Positions 1-11,664 of a stretch of 64,000 nucleotides of DNA are shown here, piece by piece. Source of the stretch: Felis catus. Its lineage: Eukaryota. The DNA lies in assembly GCF_018350175.1 (NCBI RefSeq), contig NC_058368.1, positions 150,104,001 through 150,168,000 of the forward strand, read 5' to 3'. Both the position numbers and the translations under genes were made by a program. Within the stretch, counting starts at the first letter, position 1, and every line of letters starts with the position of its first letter. The notes under the pieces were generated by a model. That model worked only from the letters and a program-made list of their open reading frames with translations, did not search any database and was not told the origin of the DNA.

Positions 1-1024
1 ACCATCTAGTTAATGAATTCCTGATTTGTTTGGCATTTGCACTTTCTTAAGAAATTGCTGATGTGTTTAGACTTCCTCTTCTCCTCAGCAGCAGTGAAAT
101 TTGTTGATTATGATGGCCTTATATAACATCATCCAGGCAGAAAGCTAAAAGATTACACATTAAAAAGAAACAGGCCTGTTTATTACCAGGCATTGTGCTT
201 CCTCATATGCATATCTCTGTTCTTCAGTCTTTGACCAGGTTGCTTTGTGGGAGATGCTTTGTTAAAAGTATTTCCATGGCAGGCCTCCACTAATGCAAAT
301 GTCATTTTCTCTGCCTGATTGTGATAGGAAGCCTTTTTCACCTATTGAAACCTGTTAAATTTCCTTCAAATATTTTTGTTTAACACTTTAAAAAAGTTAG
401 TGGAGGACCATTTAAAAACATGTAGGCTTAATGAGGAATTGATGTTTATATTTAAAAACATTTTTCAAAGAAACTGCTTCTGTACTGCTGAATAGAAGCC
501 TGCAATCTTCACAGATTTCATTCATCCAGGTCAAACAAGCCAGACTGTTTATATTCCACATCATTTTCCTTTAACTACTTTTAACCATGTTTGTTTTAGG
601 AGATTGTCCACCACAGCTAAGAATCCTGCCACTTTAGTTTAGTTTGTATTCAGATCAGCCTGGGAAGAAGCTGTGAGGTTAAAATTATTCAATTAAAAAC
701 CTTTGGTATGGCTCTAAAAGAGAAACAGAACAGGTTTAATATTCTCTACCTAAATATTATTGCCTTGACCAGGCTAGTATTGCAGGTTGTATCCCGTACT
801 ACATAGCTCTTTGAACAACAAGCTAACTTAATTACTATGCGTTATATTCTTATTTATTCTAAAGGGACAAAATTCCTCCCTTAGGCAGGATTCTGCATTT
901 TCGTAACATGTTGCCACCCCCATGGAGCTCCTGTTTGTGTTTCATGGTGTTCTTGCATGAGAATTGTCTACTCTGACCCTCGCACGTCCTTGACCCCCAC
1001 CGCTGTTCCTTTCAACCCTTTCTT

Positions 1025-1247
1025 TTTTTTAAAATTTTTTTTTTCAACGTTTATTTATTTTTGGGACAGAGAGAGACAGAGCATGAACGGGGGAGGGGCA
1101 GAGAGAGAGGGAGACACAGAATCGGAAACAGGCTCCAGGCTCTGAGCCATCAGCCCAGAGCCCGACGCGGGGCTCGAACTCACGGACCGTGAGATCGTGA
1201 CCTGGCTGAAGTCGGACGCTTAACCGACTGCGCCACCCAGGCGCCCC
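1025..1247 (-). mobile_element. Young felid Can-SINE (SINEC_Fc-type, tRNA-derived), full length
   Basis: Minus strand reads GGGGCGCCTGGGTGGCGCAGTCGGTTAAGCGTCCGAC head, (CT)-rich body, AATAAA and A tail. CpGs are intact. Perfect 17-bp TSD CCTTTCAACCCTTTCTT at 1008-1024 and 1248-1264. Confidence 0.97.
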
Positions 1248-1515
1248 CCTTTCAACCCTTTCTTATGCATGACCTTAGCACCTAACTCTTCCCCACTCCT
1301 CTTTATGAGTATGAATTACCCAACCAATACCTATTAACCTGCAAGAACAATTCCTCCCTATTCAGAGAACCATTTTTGACTAATTTGACCAAATTAACTG
1401 AACTTTGTCTGACCCTTTCTGCTAATGCTCTAAAAATTTTGCCCTCGTTTCCCCAAACAGACCTCTCCTTCAGAGCTTTCTGAAGTCTGGCATTTTTAGC
1501 GCAAAAACTTATGGC

Positions 1516-1705
1516 AGGATTTTTCAATTTCTGCATTACTGACATTTGGGGCTACGTAGTTGTTTGTTTTGAGAGTTTGTCCTGTATGTGACTAGATGTT
1601 TAGTAGCCTCCCTAGCTTCCACCTACTAGAGGTCAGTGGTAGTACACACACTGACCTCCCAAGTTGTGACAACTAAAAATGTCTCAGACATTAGTACATG
1701 TCCCT
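1516..1705. mobile_element. MER20-like hAT-Charlie MITE fossil
   Basis: TGACATTTGGGG...GATGTTTAGTAGCCTCCCT...AGTTGTGACAACTAAAAATGTCTCAGACATT matches the recalled MER20 consensus. Confidence 0.85.
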
Positions 1706-2017
1706 TGTGCCATCAAGCTAGGGTCAAAATTGAGGCTTAATTCCCCTGTTGACTAATAGGAGGGATTATGAGAGATTCTGAAATTCTAAAAATCTTCCCC
1801 TGTATGTTTACATGTCCTTGTCCTATACAACTATTCCTCTCCACCTCCTGTTAACATAGCCTTGGCTACTAACTGTTTCTGCTCACCCTACTTAATAAAC
1901 CAAAGTTGCCCACCAATGAATACTGCTATCCAGAATAATTCCTCCCTCCCCCTAAAACCATTCTGACCTGCTCTTCCCAGAACTGGTTTGCACCTGAGCT
2001 GACCATAAGGCTCCAAA

Positions 2018-2220
2018 CAGCACTGTCCAATAGAATGTTCTATGATGATGGAAACAGGTCTGTGCTGTCCAATATGGTAATCTGTAAGCACATGTGACTT
2101 TTGAGCATCTAACTGTGGCTACTGAAACTGGGGAACTGAATTTTAAATTTTATTTTATTTCAATTCATTTAATCTTACATTTAAATAGCATATATAACTT
2201 TTGGCTACTGTATATGACAT
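2018..2220. mobile_element. MER3-like hAT-Charlie MITE fossil
   Basis: CAGCACTGTCCAATAGAA...GATGATGGAAA...TGCTGTCCAATATGGTA...GGAACTGAATTTTAAATTTTATTT...TGGCTACTGTAT matches the recalled MER3 consensus. Confidence 0.85.
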
Positions 2221-3539
2221 GAGGGCTAAAAATTTTACTCTTGTTCCCCAAGGCTCTTTTAGAACCTTCTCTTGCCTGACATTTAGATTAAAAGGTTGCC
2301 CTTAATGGAGTCAATTTCCTTCATAAAATAGCCTGTTCTTGACCATCCTTCAGTTTCATCTTCCCCTTAATCTTTCATTCTTTCTTCCTTCTACTTTCTT
2401 ATGCTCCTTTTCTTCTATCTTTTCTTTCCCCAACTGCTCCTTTTCTTTCTTTCTTTTTGCCAATCATTGCAAAACTATCTGTCAGCTAAGCTATTCAATA
2501 GGAGTGACGGTGGCAAATAAGACACTGTGTAGAGAAGCAGTAGCTAAAAGAGGCTCATCTTCTTGACCTGTGATATTTACTAAGAACCCTCTGCCCCAAC
2601 CCTAGCTCCATCTCATTTCAAATCAACCTTGATTATCTTTCTATACACCTTGCTGTCACATTCATAATATTCACTAGTTTGTTTGGCCTTTTGTTACTTA
2701 ATCTGAAACCTAGTCACTTATGACAATGGTTACACACTTAGATATACAAACTATATCTCCCTGAAACCAAAATAAATATGTCAGTTTTGATTGAAAAAAA
2801 TGTAGTTGTAGGAAAAACAGCCAAACTATCTATTGGGCATAACGTGTTCTGTGATAGAATCAAAGTATGTTAGTACCAGCTTTTCCAAATTCACAAAATA
2901 TATTAAAAGAGAAATACTAAGGGATAAAAAAAACAATTGCATTCAAAACATGTTTTAAAACACTTTCTAGAACCTCTAATTAAAATGTTGGACTGAGCTC
3001 ACGTGTTTGACTTTCTCTACCAGAACTTCATTAAAATAAAAGTAAAGAAATAAAAAAAGATATTATAACTGGTTCATTAAATGGGCTGGCATTGGTGAAG
3101 ATACAAGAAAGAAAATAAAGCTTTAATTTTCTTCAACCTCTGCTGTGCCATGTTGAATTTCCCTTTCCCACCCTGGATATCTGTCAGGTGTATCTGATAG
3201 ATGTTTCTGTTATTTTAGATAATAAAATCTCATTAATCTGACCTCAACCAAAATTTCTATTTCATATTCATTTCAAAGGTTGCATTCCCACCTCCTCCCC
3301 TACCTGAGGCCTGACCAGGGCTGGGGGACTTACAACAGGTAAACATGTTCTGTATTTTATAACTGATTCCTCCCAGCTCATCCTCTTCTCTCCCTCCCTT
3401 CACTATTCTGTTTTTGGATCTTTCAAGATTAAAGTGGGAAAGAGTGATGAGTAACAAAGGAAAATAAAATGTTCATTTATAACTTTTTTGGCTGCTAGGT
3501 TTACTTTCCGGCAGCTGTCTAAATGTTGTGTCTTCTGAG

Positions 3540-3702
3540 TTTTTTTTTAATCTTTTTAGTGTTTTGTTTTGTTTTGTTTTGAGGGGGCGCAGAGGGGCAG
3601 ATAGAGAGGGAGAAACATACACAGGGCTCGAACTCACCAACTTCAAGATCATGACCTGACATCAAGTCAGACGCTTAACCGACTGAGCCACCCAGGCACC
3701 CC
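3540..3702 (-). mobile_element. Can-SINE with internal deletions
   Basis: GGGCTCGAACTCAC...GATCATGACCTGA...CGCTTAACCGACTGAGCCACCCAGGCACCCC head. The middle of the body is missing. Degenerate TSD TCTT(C/A)TGAG. Confidence 0.9.
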
Positions 3703-4830
3703 TATCTTATGAGGTTTTACATACCTTTAGATGTATCCATATCCCCCCACCCACCACTCTGGGGCCCCAGTGGAGCTGAAAGTCTCCCCCTTAAAATAGT
3801 GTTCACTCTTTGGCTGACCTGCTATGACTCCTCTTCTGCTTCTGTCCTGGCCACAGAGTCCATGTCCTTTCTGAGGATGTGACCTTACACCAGACATAAA
3901 TCCTTTAGGCAGGTGATCTTTCAAGTCTCTATTCAAGTTGCTTTCTGTGGTATTTACTTAGCCCGTGAGGAAAAACCAATGACAACATACTGACAACAAC
4001 AACCTTGTTTTTGCCCCATCAAAACCTGAGCGATTAAGAGCCACTGGAGTTCTCGGTCTTTGCTCAATTGTTTTCCAATTGAGATTAAGTCACCAGGTTT
4101 GTAACTCTAAGCTTCATGGAAAACAAGTCAGATTTTCCAAGAGTTTTCTCACCTCGTGCTGCTCTGGCTTTATAACAGAACAAAGTCAACTATAAAGAAA
4201 AGAGAATCTCCCTGGCATTAAATATTTCATGAGTAGTACTGAATGCTAGAAGACTGAAATTAACATTAAAATTCAAAGAAAAAGTCACTTCAACCTAGGA
4301 TTGTATCCTAATTGTACTACCCATTGAGTGAATAAAGGAATTTCAGGCATCCAAAGACTCACAACATTTATTTCCCACTTATAACTTCTTAATAAGTTGT
4401 TCAAGGATGTATACCCAGAAAACAAGAGAGTAAATGAAAAAAAAAGAGGACATGGGGGGAGGAGGGCTACCAGAAACAGCAGCTCCAACTCAAATAAGTA
4501 GGGAAGAATAAATCTGTTTGGTCCTATGACAACCAAGCTGGTCTGGAGTAGAATGATTCAAGGCTTTTCTCAAAGAATGGTCTCAAGACTAAAAAGGGAA
4601 TTCACTATAATCACAGTATCACTGAGAGCTTAGAAAAAAAAAAACTTGAAGATATGCAAGATATAAACAACCACCACCAATGCTTAAGGTTCCTGGCTGT
4701 GAACTCTGGTCTCATGAAAGCATGGGAAGCAGGAAGCAGGCAATATTAATCACTGCATCTGAAGTCCCTATCTTAGTTTCTGGCACTCAGAGAGCATGAG
4801 GAGCATACTTTTAAAAATTCAATCATTATT

Positions 4831-5051
4831 GGGGCGCCTGGGTGGCGCAGTCGGTTAAGCGTTCGACTTCAGCCAGGTCACGATCTCGCAGTCCGGGAAT
4901 TCGAGCCCCACGTCGGGCTCTGGGCTGATGGCTCAGAGCCTGGAGCCTGTTTCCGATTCTGTGTCTCCCTCTCTCTCTGCCCCTCCCCCATTCATGCTCT
5001 GTCTCTCTCTCTGTCCCAAAAATAAATAAACGTTGAAAAAAAAATTAAAAA
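4831..5051 (+). mobile_element. Young felid Can-SINE (SINEC_Fc-type), full length
   Basis: Canonical head GGGGCGCCTGGGTGGCGCAG and A tail. TSD AAAAATTCAATCATTATT at 4813-4830 and 5052-5069, preceded by a TT/AAAA L1 endonuclease site. Confidence 0.97.
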
Positions 5052-5234
5052 AAAAATTCAATCATTATTGTTCTTCTGTAAGTTTTAGTAGCTGAATTCT
5101 CTGCAAACCTCTCACTGCCCTTACAGTCTTACTATGTTGATATTTGAGTGTAAAGTATTAATAATTGTGTAAATCATTCTCAAGCTATAGAAAGCTGATT
5201 AAAAGGTAAATTCCTTGAAATCATATGATTCCAT

Positions 5235-5326
5235 CTGGGATGCAGTCCAGAAATCTGAATTATTGACAATCATTTCGGGAGATTCCAATGGAACTGATCT
5301 GTAGCCCCTGTCATTTGAAACTCTGA
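5235..5326. mobile_element. MER5-like hAT fragment
   Basis: TGGGATGCAGTCCAGAAATCTGAATT...GATTCCAATG...TTTGAAACTCTG resembles the right half of MER5. Confidence 0.45.
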
Positions 5327-7775
5327 TTCAGATATTTTACTGATTTATTGACAGGGAATTCAGAATTAATTCTAGAGTGGATGTTGTTTTCTAATGTGGA
5401 AAACATTTTTTTCCTAAATATATCACACATTGTTCTCTTGATCAACTTCTATAAAAAGGAAACTTATAGTGTGAACAGATGAAGGAAAAGGCAACTTTAT
5501 CCCCTAGGGAGGGAAAAAAAAATCAAAAAATTTTTTTTCATTTATTTACTCTGCCTCAGTTATGTGCCATGGTAGAAACTTAGTTTCTCTATACATTTTT
5601 CTCTTAAAATTGCTACTTTTCAGCTGTCTGGACTTATGCTTCCCCCTAAGAAATATAAACATGAAAGAATAAAAGTGATTTTGATTGCTGCACTAACATG
5701 CCTCTGTGGTGCTTAAATTGTATTGTTTAAACATTATTTCAAAAACCTATTAGATTATTGGCTTCCCAGGTTTGAAATTCTTTCCTGAGTGTTCCTAAGT
5801 TTTCCTTTTCTAAATATTTCTACAGAGTATTATATTATGCAGCACATGTATCTTTATTCATTCATTTATAGATGCATTTCCTTAAGAAGTGGTGTATTAG
5901 TGATCTCCGTTATATACAATGAGATAGAAACTATGCATTATTTTTCTTTCCAAGAAAACTAAATTGATGCACAGAATGATTGCTAGTAGCTGAAATTGCA
6001 GCAGAGGGGTGCACTTGCCTTATTAAGAAGAAATTTCTGGTTTTATTTATTCTGGAAAAAAAGCTCTATCCCCAAATAAAGGATTAGTCTGGGGACCTGG
6101 TACATCAGTGCTGCCATATCGAATAGAGAAGTGAGTGGGATGAATATTATAGCGCACTCTTTATATTGGTTTATTTGTAGGTAGGAAAAAATGAGAAATT
6201 GGAGAAAGTATTAGTTCACATTAAAAGGTAAAACACGGAGAGGCCACTGTCAATTCAGGCTGTGCTTGTTGATTTCCAAATAACAACCTTGTCTCTGGAG
6301 TCATTAAAAGTATTGCTCTCCAGAGAAGAGGCCGAGGTTCTCTGCCTTCGAAGTTGAATAAACCTGGTGTATCATTTTGTCATTCTTTATGAGAACAGTG
6401 GCCCTGAGGATCTTATATTAAAAAAAAAAAGCTACCAATGATTATCTATGCCACCTCCTTTACAAAACAATGTAGGCACATGCATTTAGTGAAATTTATT
6501 AGTTATAAAACCAGTAAATATTTCAATTCTTTGGAGTTAACATTTCTCTGGAAGAGGTCTTAGCATGATCGGTTAATATTTGCATTTTTTTCAAATGACA
6601 GATCTTTGTGCTCCTACCAGATACAGCATTTTTAAATATTAAAAAATATATATTCTTATGCTAGGAAAGATGTGTTAAACTGCCTAATAATAGATGGGAA
6701 GGGATATAGAAATTTAAAGTACTGTTTTCAGATTTCCCAGAGACAAATTAATACTGTGCCACCAGTAAATGTGCAACTGGTTTTATAGATATGCAGATAG
6801 AGTTTGCCCTGCCAGGGGTCTATCTGGACAGGCTAAAAATGCCCTTTTCTTGGGGAGGGGCCAGCTGATACAGAGGAGGCCTTGAGATGTGCTTCCTTAA
6901 GAACTGGTAGTGGTCTCTACAACATACGAGGCACACCATACACCGAGAGGAGATCGGCTAGTTCTTTGAGTCAGAGAGCCAGTGTTAGTTTAGCAAACAT
7001 TTTAGGAATAGCAACCGTTCTCCCAAATCATGAAATTCCATTATTATGAACTAGTAGGGAAACTAAGGGACAATAAAATTGTTCATTTGACTGTTTAAGG
7101 CTTGTGTTTTGGACAGACTATCCGGGGTACACATCCTAGAAACTGTCTTCTCAAGAACCTTCTAAATTTAAGATGCTACAAATTGTTTACAGCACTTTAG
7201 AAGTTTATTTCACAAATTTCAAAACTATAAACCATGTGGTATAGGGATATTTATTGGCAGTTAAAAATAATTTTATTTACATTGATTGGGTGCCAATATT
7301 GTTTTGATTGATAATGCAAAGACAACTGATGCAGTTCAAAAATTTGTATTCATTTAAAACAAAATAAATTTGTGTTTATTTTCATTTCTAGTAACTCTGA
7401 AGGGCTTTGTCTGCTTTTCCTTCAATGTAAAAAATGAGTCTATTTAAATACATTATACATTTCTTGGGTGATGTTAAGAAGTAATCAGTGAGCTTGTAAA
7501 ATACAATATAAGGAAAAAAACAGCTAAGTTGGGAGGTGAAAAAGAAAAATAAAATTTAAGATTAGTCAAATTTAAAATATTGGTAAGGGCTCTTTTCACC
7601 ACCCTTTGTCTATTCCTGGTGCATAGTTTCACCTGCAATAAAAAGTTTTATTTACACCAAAAAGATAAGCTCCTAAGAAAAATAAAAGCTTCTGACACTT
7701 TTCATCAGGGATTTTTCTTAACATTGGTAAGTATTTTACCTGTCACTAATAAGTTACATTTTTAAAAGTTTTCTA

Positions 7776-8001
7776 TCTTTTTAAATATTTGTTTAATGTT
7801 TATTTATTTTTGAGAGAGAGAGACACAGAGTATGAGCAGGGGAGGAGCAGAGAGAGAGAGAGGGAGACACAAAATCTGAAGCAGGCTCCAGGCTCTGAGC
7901 TGTTAGCACAAAGCCTGATGCGAGGCTCAAACCCATGAACCATGAGATCATGACCTGAGCCAAAGTTGGACGCTTGACCAACTGAGCCACCTAGGTGCTC
8001 C
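7776..8001 (-). mobile_element. Older Can-SINE
   Basis: T-rich tail, (GA) body, and GAGATCATGACCTGAGCCAAAGT...GAGCCACCTAGGTGCTCC head. Flanking TAAAAGTTTT repeats. Confidence 0.93.
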
Positions 8002-8069
8002 TAAAAGTTTTTTTGTTTGTTTGTTTATCTTTGATTGCATACAGTCAATGCAATTAAAAGTACATTTAA

Positions 8070-8276
8070 GGGCACCTCGATGGCTCAGTTGGTTAAGCAG
8101 CCAACTCTCCGTTTCAGCTCAAGTCATTATCTCACCATTCTTGAGATCAAGCCCTGAGCAGGGCTCTGCTCTGCAGAGCTGGCTTGTGATTCTCTCTCTC
8201 CCTGTCTTCTGCCCCTTCCTCCACTCACGCATATGTGCAAGCAAGCGCGCTCGCGCGCGCGCGCACGCACACACAC

Positions 8277-8317
<41 letters not shown>

Positions 8318-8335
8318 ATAAATACAACTTTTTTA
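8070..8335 (+). mobile_element. Older Can-SINE with expanded (CG)n(CA)n(CT)n tract
   Basis: GGGCACCT..TGGCTCAGTTGGTTAAGC head. TSD AAAAGTACATTTAA at 8056-8069 and 8336-8349. Confidence 0.92.
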
Positions 8336-9255
8336 AAAAGTACATTTAAAAATAGAAGAAAAATTACAAGTTCACAATTTTTCACATTACTTGCATTTTA
8401 AAATGACATTATTTCATAGTATTTTATTATATTCTATTACATTTGTCCATAACATTTTAATTCTGGTAAATTTTATACATCCATTTTTTTTCCATTCAGA
8501 TGCATTTAGTTCCTATATTTATTGTTTATTCCTTTTTATGTAACTGCAAGTTGAAATAAGTAGAATTGAAGGAATCTTAGGGCTTTTTCAACTTCTAGGA
8601 TACTTTTAAAAAGTATTTGAAAAGGGTAAATAAATCCTGACACCACAACTTCAAATGAATAAAACCTAAAGACACTCATGAAATATATAAGTAGAAAATA
8701 CTGAATAAAAAATGTAGATCCTCATTTATATTTGTAGCCATGCTTGAAAACACTAATGTCTTTAGGTGACATATTTACTACATCCTTTTCTATGAAATCA
8801 CTGTTTAAACATAAGCTGTTTTCTAAACAATAAAGTATTTTATTTGTGTAACACATCATAGTTGCTTGAAAATATCCAATCTGATGCAACTGAAAATTCA
8901 TTAAATTGCTCATTCAAGTGATCTAAGATTGGAAGAATTATACTAAAGTTGTGTACACTCACAAAGAAAGGCTCACAAACTCTAGCAAATTGATCATCTA
9001 TAATATTGCCATTGTTGATAATGTGTGTAACATCCATATATGAGATTAATATATTACACACTTAGGATACCAATTCTGTTTTTTAGAGAATGTGTTTTAA
9101 TCTGTTTCCAATTTGTAACATTCTTGATAATATTTTAATTCTCATAAATAAAATCTTGTGTTTTAGAGGAACTTTGTGAAGTAAATGAAACCTAGCAAAA
9201 TCAACTACTTGCTGAAGATAATAAGGTTGATTCAAATCAGCATCAAAATCCACAA

Positions 9256-9529
9256 TTCTTTGGGTAGCATTGACATTTTAACAGTATTTGTTCTTCCAAT
9301 CCATGAACATGGGATGTTTTTCCATTTCTTTGTGTCATCTTCAATTTGTGTCATAAGTGTTCTATAGTTTTCAGAGTACAGATCTTTTACCTCTTTGGTT
9401 AGGTTTATTCCTAGGTATCTTATGGTCTTTGGGTCAACTAAAAATGGGATTGATTCCTTGATTTCTCTTTCTGCTGCTTCATTATTGATGTATAGGAATA
9501 CCACAGATTTCTGTGTGTTGATTTTGTAT
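9256..9529 (-). mobile_element. Inverted 5' segment of a twin-primed L1 (ORF2 fragment)
   Basis: Minus-strand translation [14 protein letters not shown]...[19 protein letters not shown]...WKNIPCSWIGRTNTVKMSMLPK is L1 ORF2. Confidence 0.93.
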
Positions 9530-11024
9530 CCCAAAGTAATCTACACATTCATTGTAATCCCTTTCAAAATACCACCTGCATTTTTCACAGAGCTAGATCA
9601 AAAAATCATTAAATTTGTATGGAACCACAAAAGACTCTGAATATCCGAAGCAATCTTGAAAAAGAAAAGCAAAACTGGGAGCATCACAATTCCAGATTTC
9701 AAGCTGTATTACAAAGCTGTAATCATAAACACACAATGTAGTGGCATCAAAGCAGACATATAGATCCAGAGAACTGAAAAGAGAACCCAGAACTGGACGC
9801 ACAGCTATATGGTCGACTAGTCTTTGACAAAGCAAGAAAGAATACCCAATGGATAAAAGATAGTCTCTTCAACAAATGGTGCTGGGAAAACTGGACAGCA
9901 TCATGCAGAAGAATTAAATTGGACTACTTTCTTACACCATACACAAAAACCAATTCAAAATGGATGAAAGACCTAAATGTGTGACAAGAAACCATCAAAA
10001 TCTCAGAGGAGAACACAGGCAGCAATCTCTTTGATCTCCACTGTAGCAACTTCTTACTAGTTATGTCTCCATAAGCAAGGGAAACAAAGGCAAAAATGAA
10101 TTATTTGGATTTCATCAAGGTAAAAAGCTTCTCCACAGGGAAGGAAACAATTAACAAAACTAAAAGGCAACTGACAGAATGGGAAAAGATATTTGCAAAT
10201 GACATATTGGATAAAGGATTAGGATCCAAAATCTATAAAGAATTTATCAAACTCAACACCTAAGAAACAAATAATCCAGTGAAGAAATGGGCAAAAGACA
10301 TGAATAGGCACTTTTCCAAAGAAGACACACAGATGGACAACAGACACATGAAAATATGCTCATTATCATTTATCATCAGGGAAATGCAAATAAAAACCAC
10401 AATGCGATATCGTCTCACACTTTCCAGAACAGATAAAATTTGTAACATATGAAACAAGAGAGGTTGGCAAGGATGAGGAGAAAGGGGAACATTCTTACAC
10501 TATTGCTGGGAATGCACACTGGTACAGCCACTCTAGAAACAGTATGGAGGTTCTTCAAAAAGTGAAAAATAGAATTACTCTATGATCCAGCAATTGTACT
10601 ACTAGGTATTTATCCAAAGGATACAAAAATACTGATTCAAAAGGATACACACTCCCAGATGTTCATAGCAGCATTGTTGACAATAGCCAAATTATGGAAA
10701 GAGCCCAAATATCCATTGAATCATGAACAGATAAAGAAGAGGTGGTGTGTATGTGTGTATGTGTGTGTATACATAGTATACACAAAGTAAAACCTTGGAT
10801 TGTGAGTAACTTGTTTCTGCACCTGTTCTACAAGACAAGCAAACATTTCTAACAAATTTTAACTTGGTAAATGAGGGATGTCTTGCAGTACAAGTAGTAC
10901 ATGATGCAAAACATCATGATCACAACTGAGCCAATCGGTTCTTGAAATCTGTTTTGATATACAAGTGCTTTGAATTACAAGCACATTTCTGTAATGAATT
11001 ATGCTCTCAAACCAAGGTTTTGCT

Positions 11025-11068
<44 letters not shown>

Positions 11069-11465
11069 GAGTATTACTCAGCTATAATAAAGAATGAAAT
11101 CATGCCATTTGCAATGACATGGATAGAGCTATTATATATCATGCTAAGTGAAATAGGCAGTCATAGAAAGACAAACACCATATGATTTCACTCATGTGGA
11201 ATTTAAGAAACAAAACAGATGAATATGGAGGAAAAAAGAGTGAGGTAAACCTTAAAACAGATTCTTAACTATAGAGAACAGACAGGTTTGTTGGAGGGAC
11301 AAGTTCAAAGGGATGGGTTAAATGGGCGATGGGTATTAAGGAGGACACTTGTGATGGGTACTAGGTATTATATTTTAGTGATGAATCACAAAGTTTTACT
11401 ACTAAAACTATTAATACTACACTATATGTTAACTAATCGGCATTTAAATAAAAATTTTTAAAAAA
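9530..11465 (+). mobile_element. Carnivore L1: ORF2 3' part and 3' UTR (5'-truncated and inverted, non-functional)
   Basis: Continues ORF2 as [22 protein letters not shown]...KFVWNHKR with stops and frameshifts. Typical carnivore L1 3' UTR ends in AATAAA and an A-rich tail. Confidence 0.95.
10785..11025. mobile_element. ~240-bp Tc1/mariner (Tigger/pogo-like) MITE nested in the L1
   Basis: Imperfect TIRs: left AAGTAAAACCTTGGATTGTGAG; reverse complement of the right end CAGCAAAACCTTGGTTTGAGAG. TA follows the right TIR. It interrupts the L1 within its TA/CA-rich tract. Confidence 0.8.
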
Positions 11466-11471
11466 GAATCC

Positions 11472-11664
11472 AGGGCCCCTGGTGGCTCAGTCAGTTAAGT
11501 GTCTGACTCTTGATTTTGGCTCAGGTCATGACCTCGTTGTTCATGAATTTGAACCCTGCATTGGGCTCCATGCTGGCAGGATTCACTCTTTCCCTCTCTC
11601 TTTCTCTGCCCCTGCCCTGCTCTCATTCTCTTTCTCACTGTCTCAAAATATATAAACAAACAAA
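11472..11664 (+). mobile_element. Older Can-SINE inserted at the L1 tail
   Basis: GGTGGCTCAGTCAGTTAAGTGTCTGACTCTTGATTTTGGCTCAGGTCATGA head, (CT) body, A-rich tail. Confidence 0.9.

Noticed and set aside
3050..4030. Possible old LTR or L1 5' fossil around the 3540 SINE
   Set aside because: It looks repeat-like, but I could not match it to a family or define its boundaries.
4831..4920. SINE heads as tRNA genes
   Set aside because: They are tRNA-derived A/B-box heads followed by a SINE body, tail and TSDs, not cloverleaf tRNAs.
8722..9061. Overlapping minus-strand ORFs as a transposase or gene remnant (SVASDWIFS recalls hAT S.AS.ER.FS)
   Set aside because: The similarity is too short and the catalytic-region ER is absent. 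It cannot be supported without a profile search.
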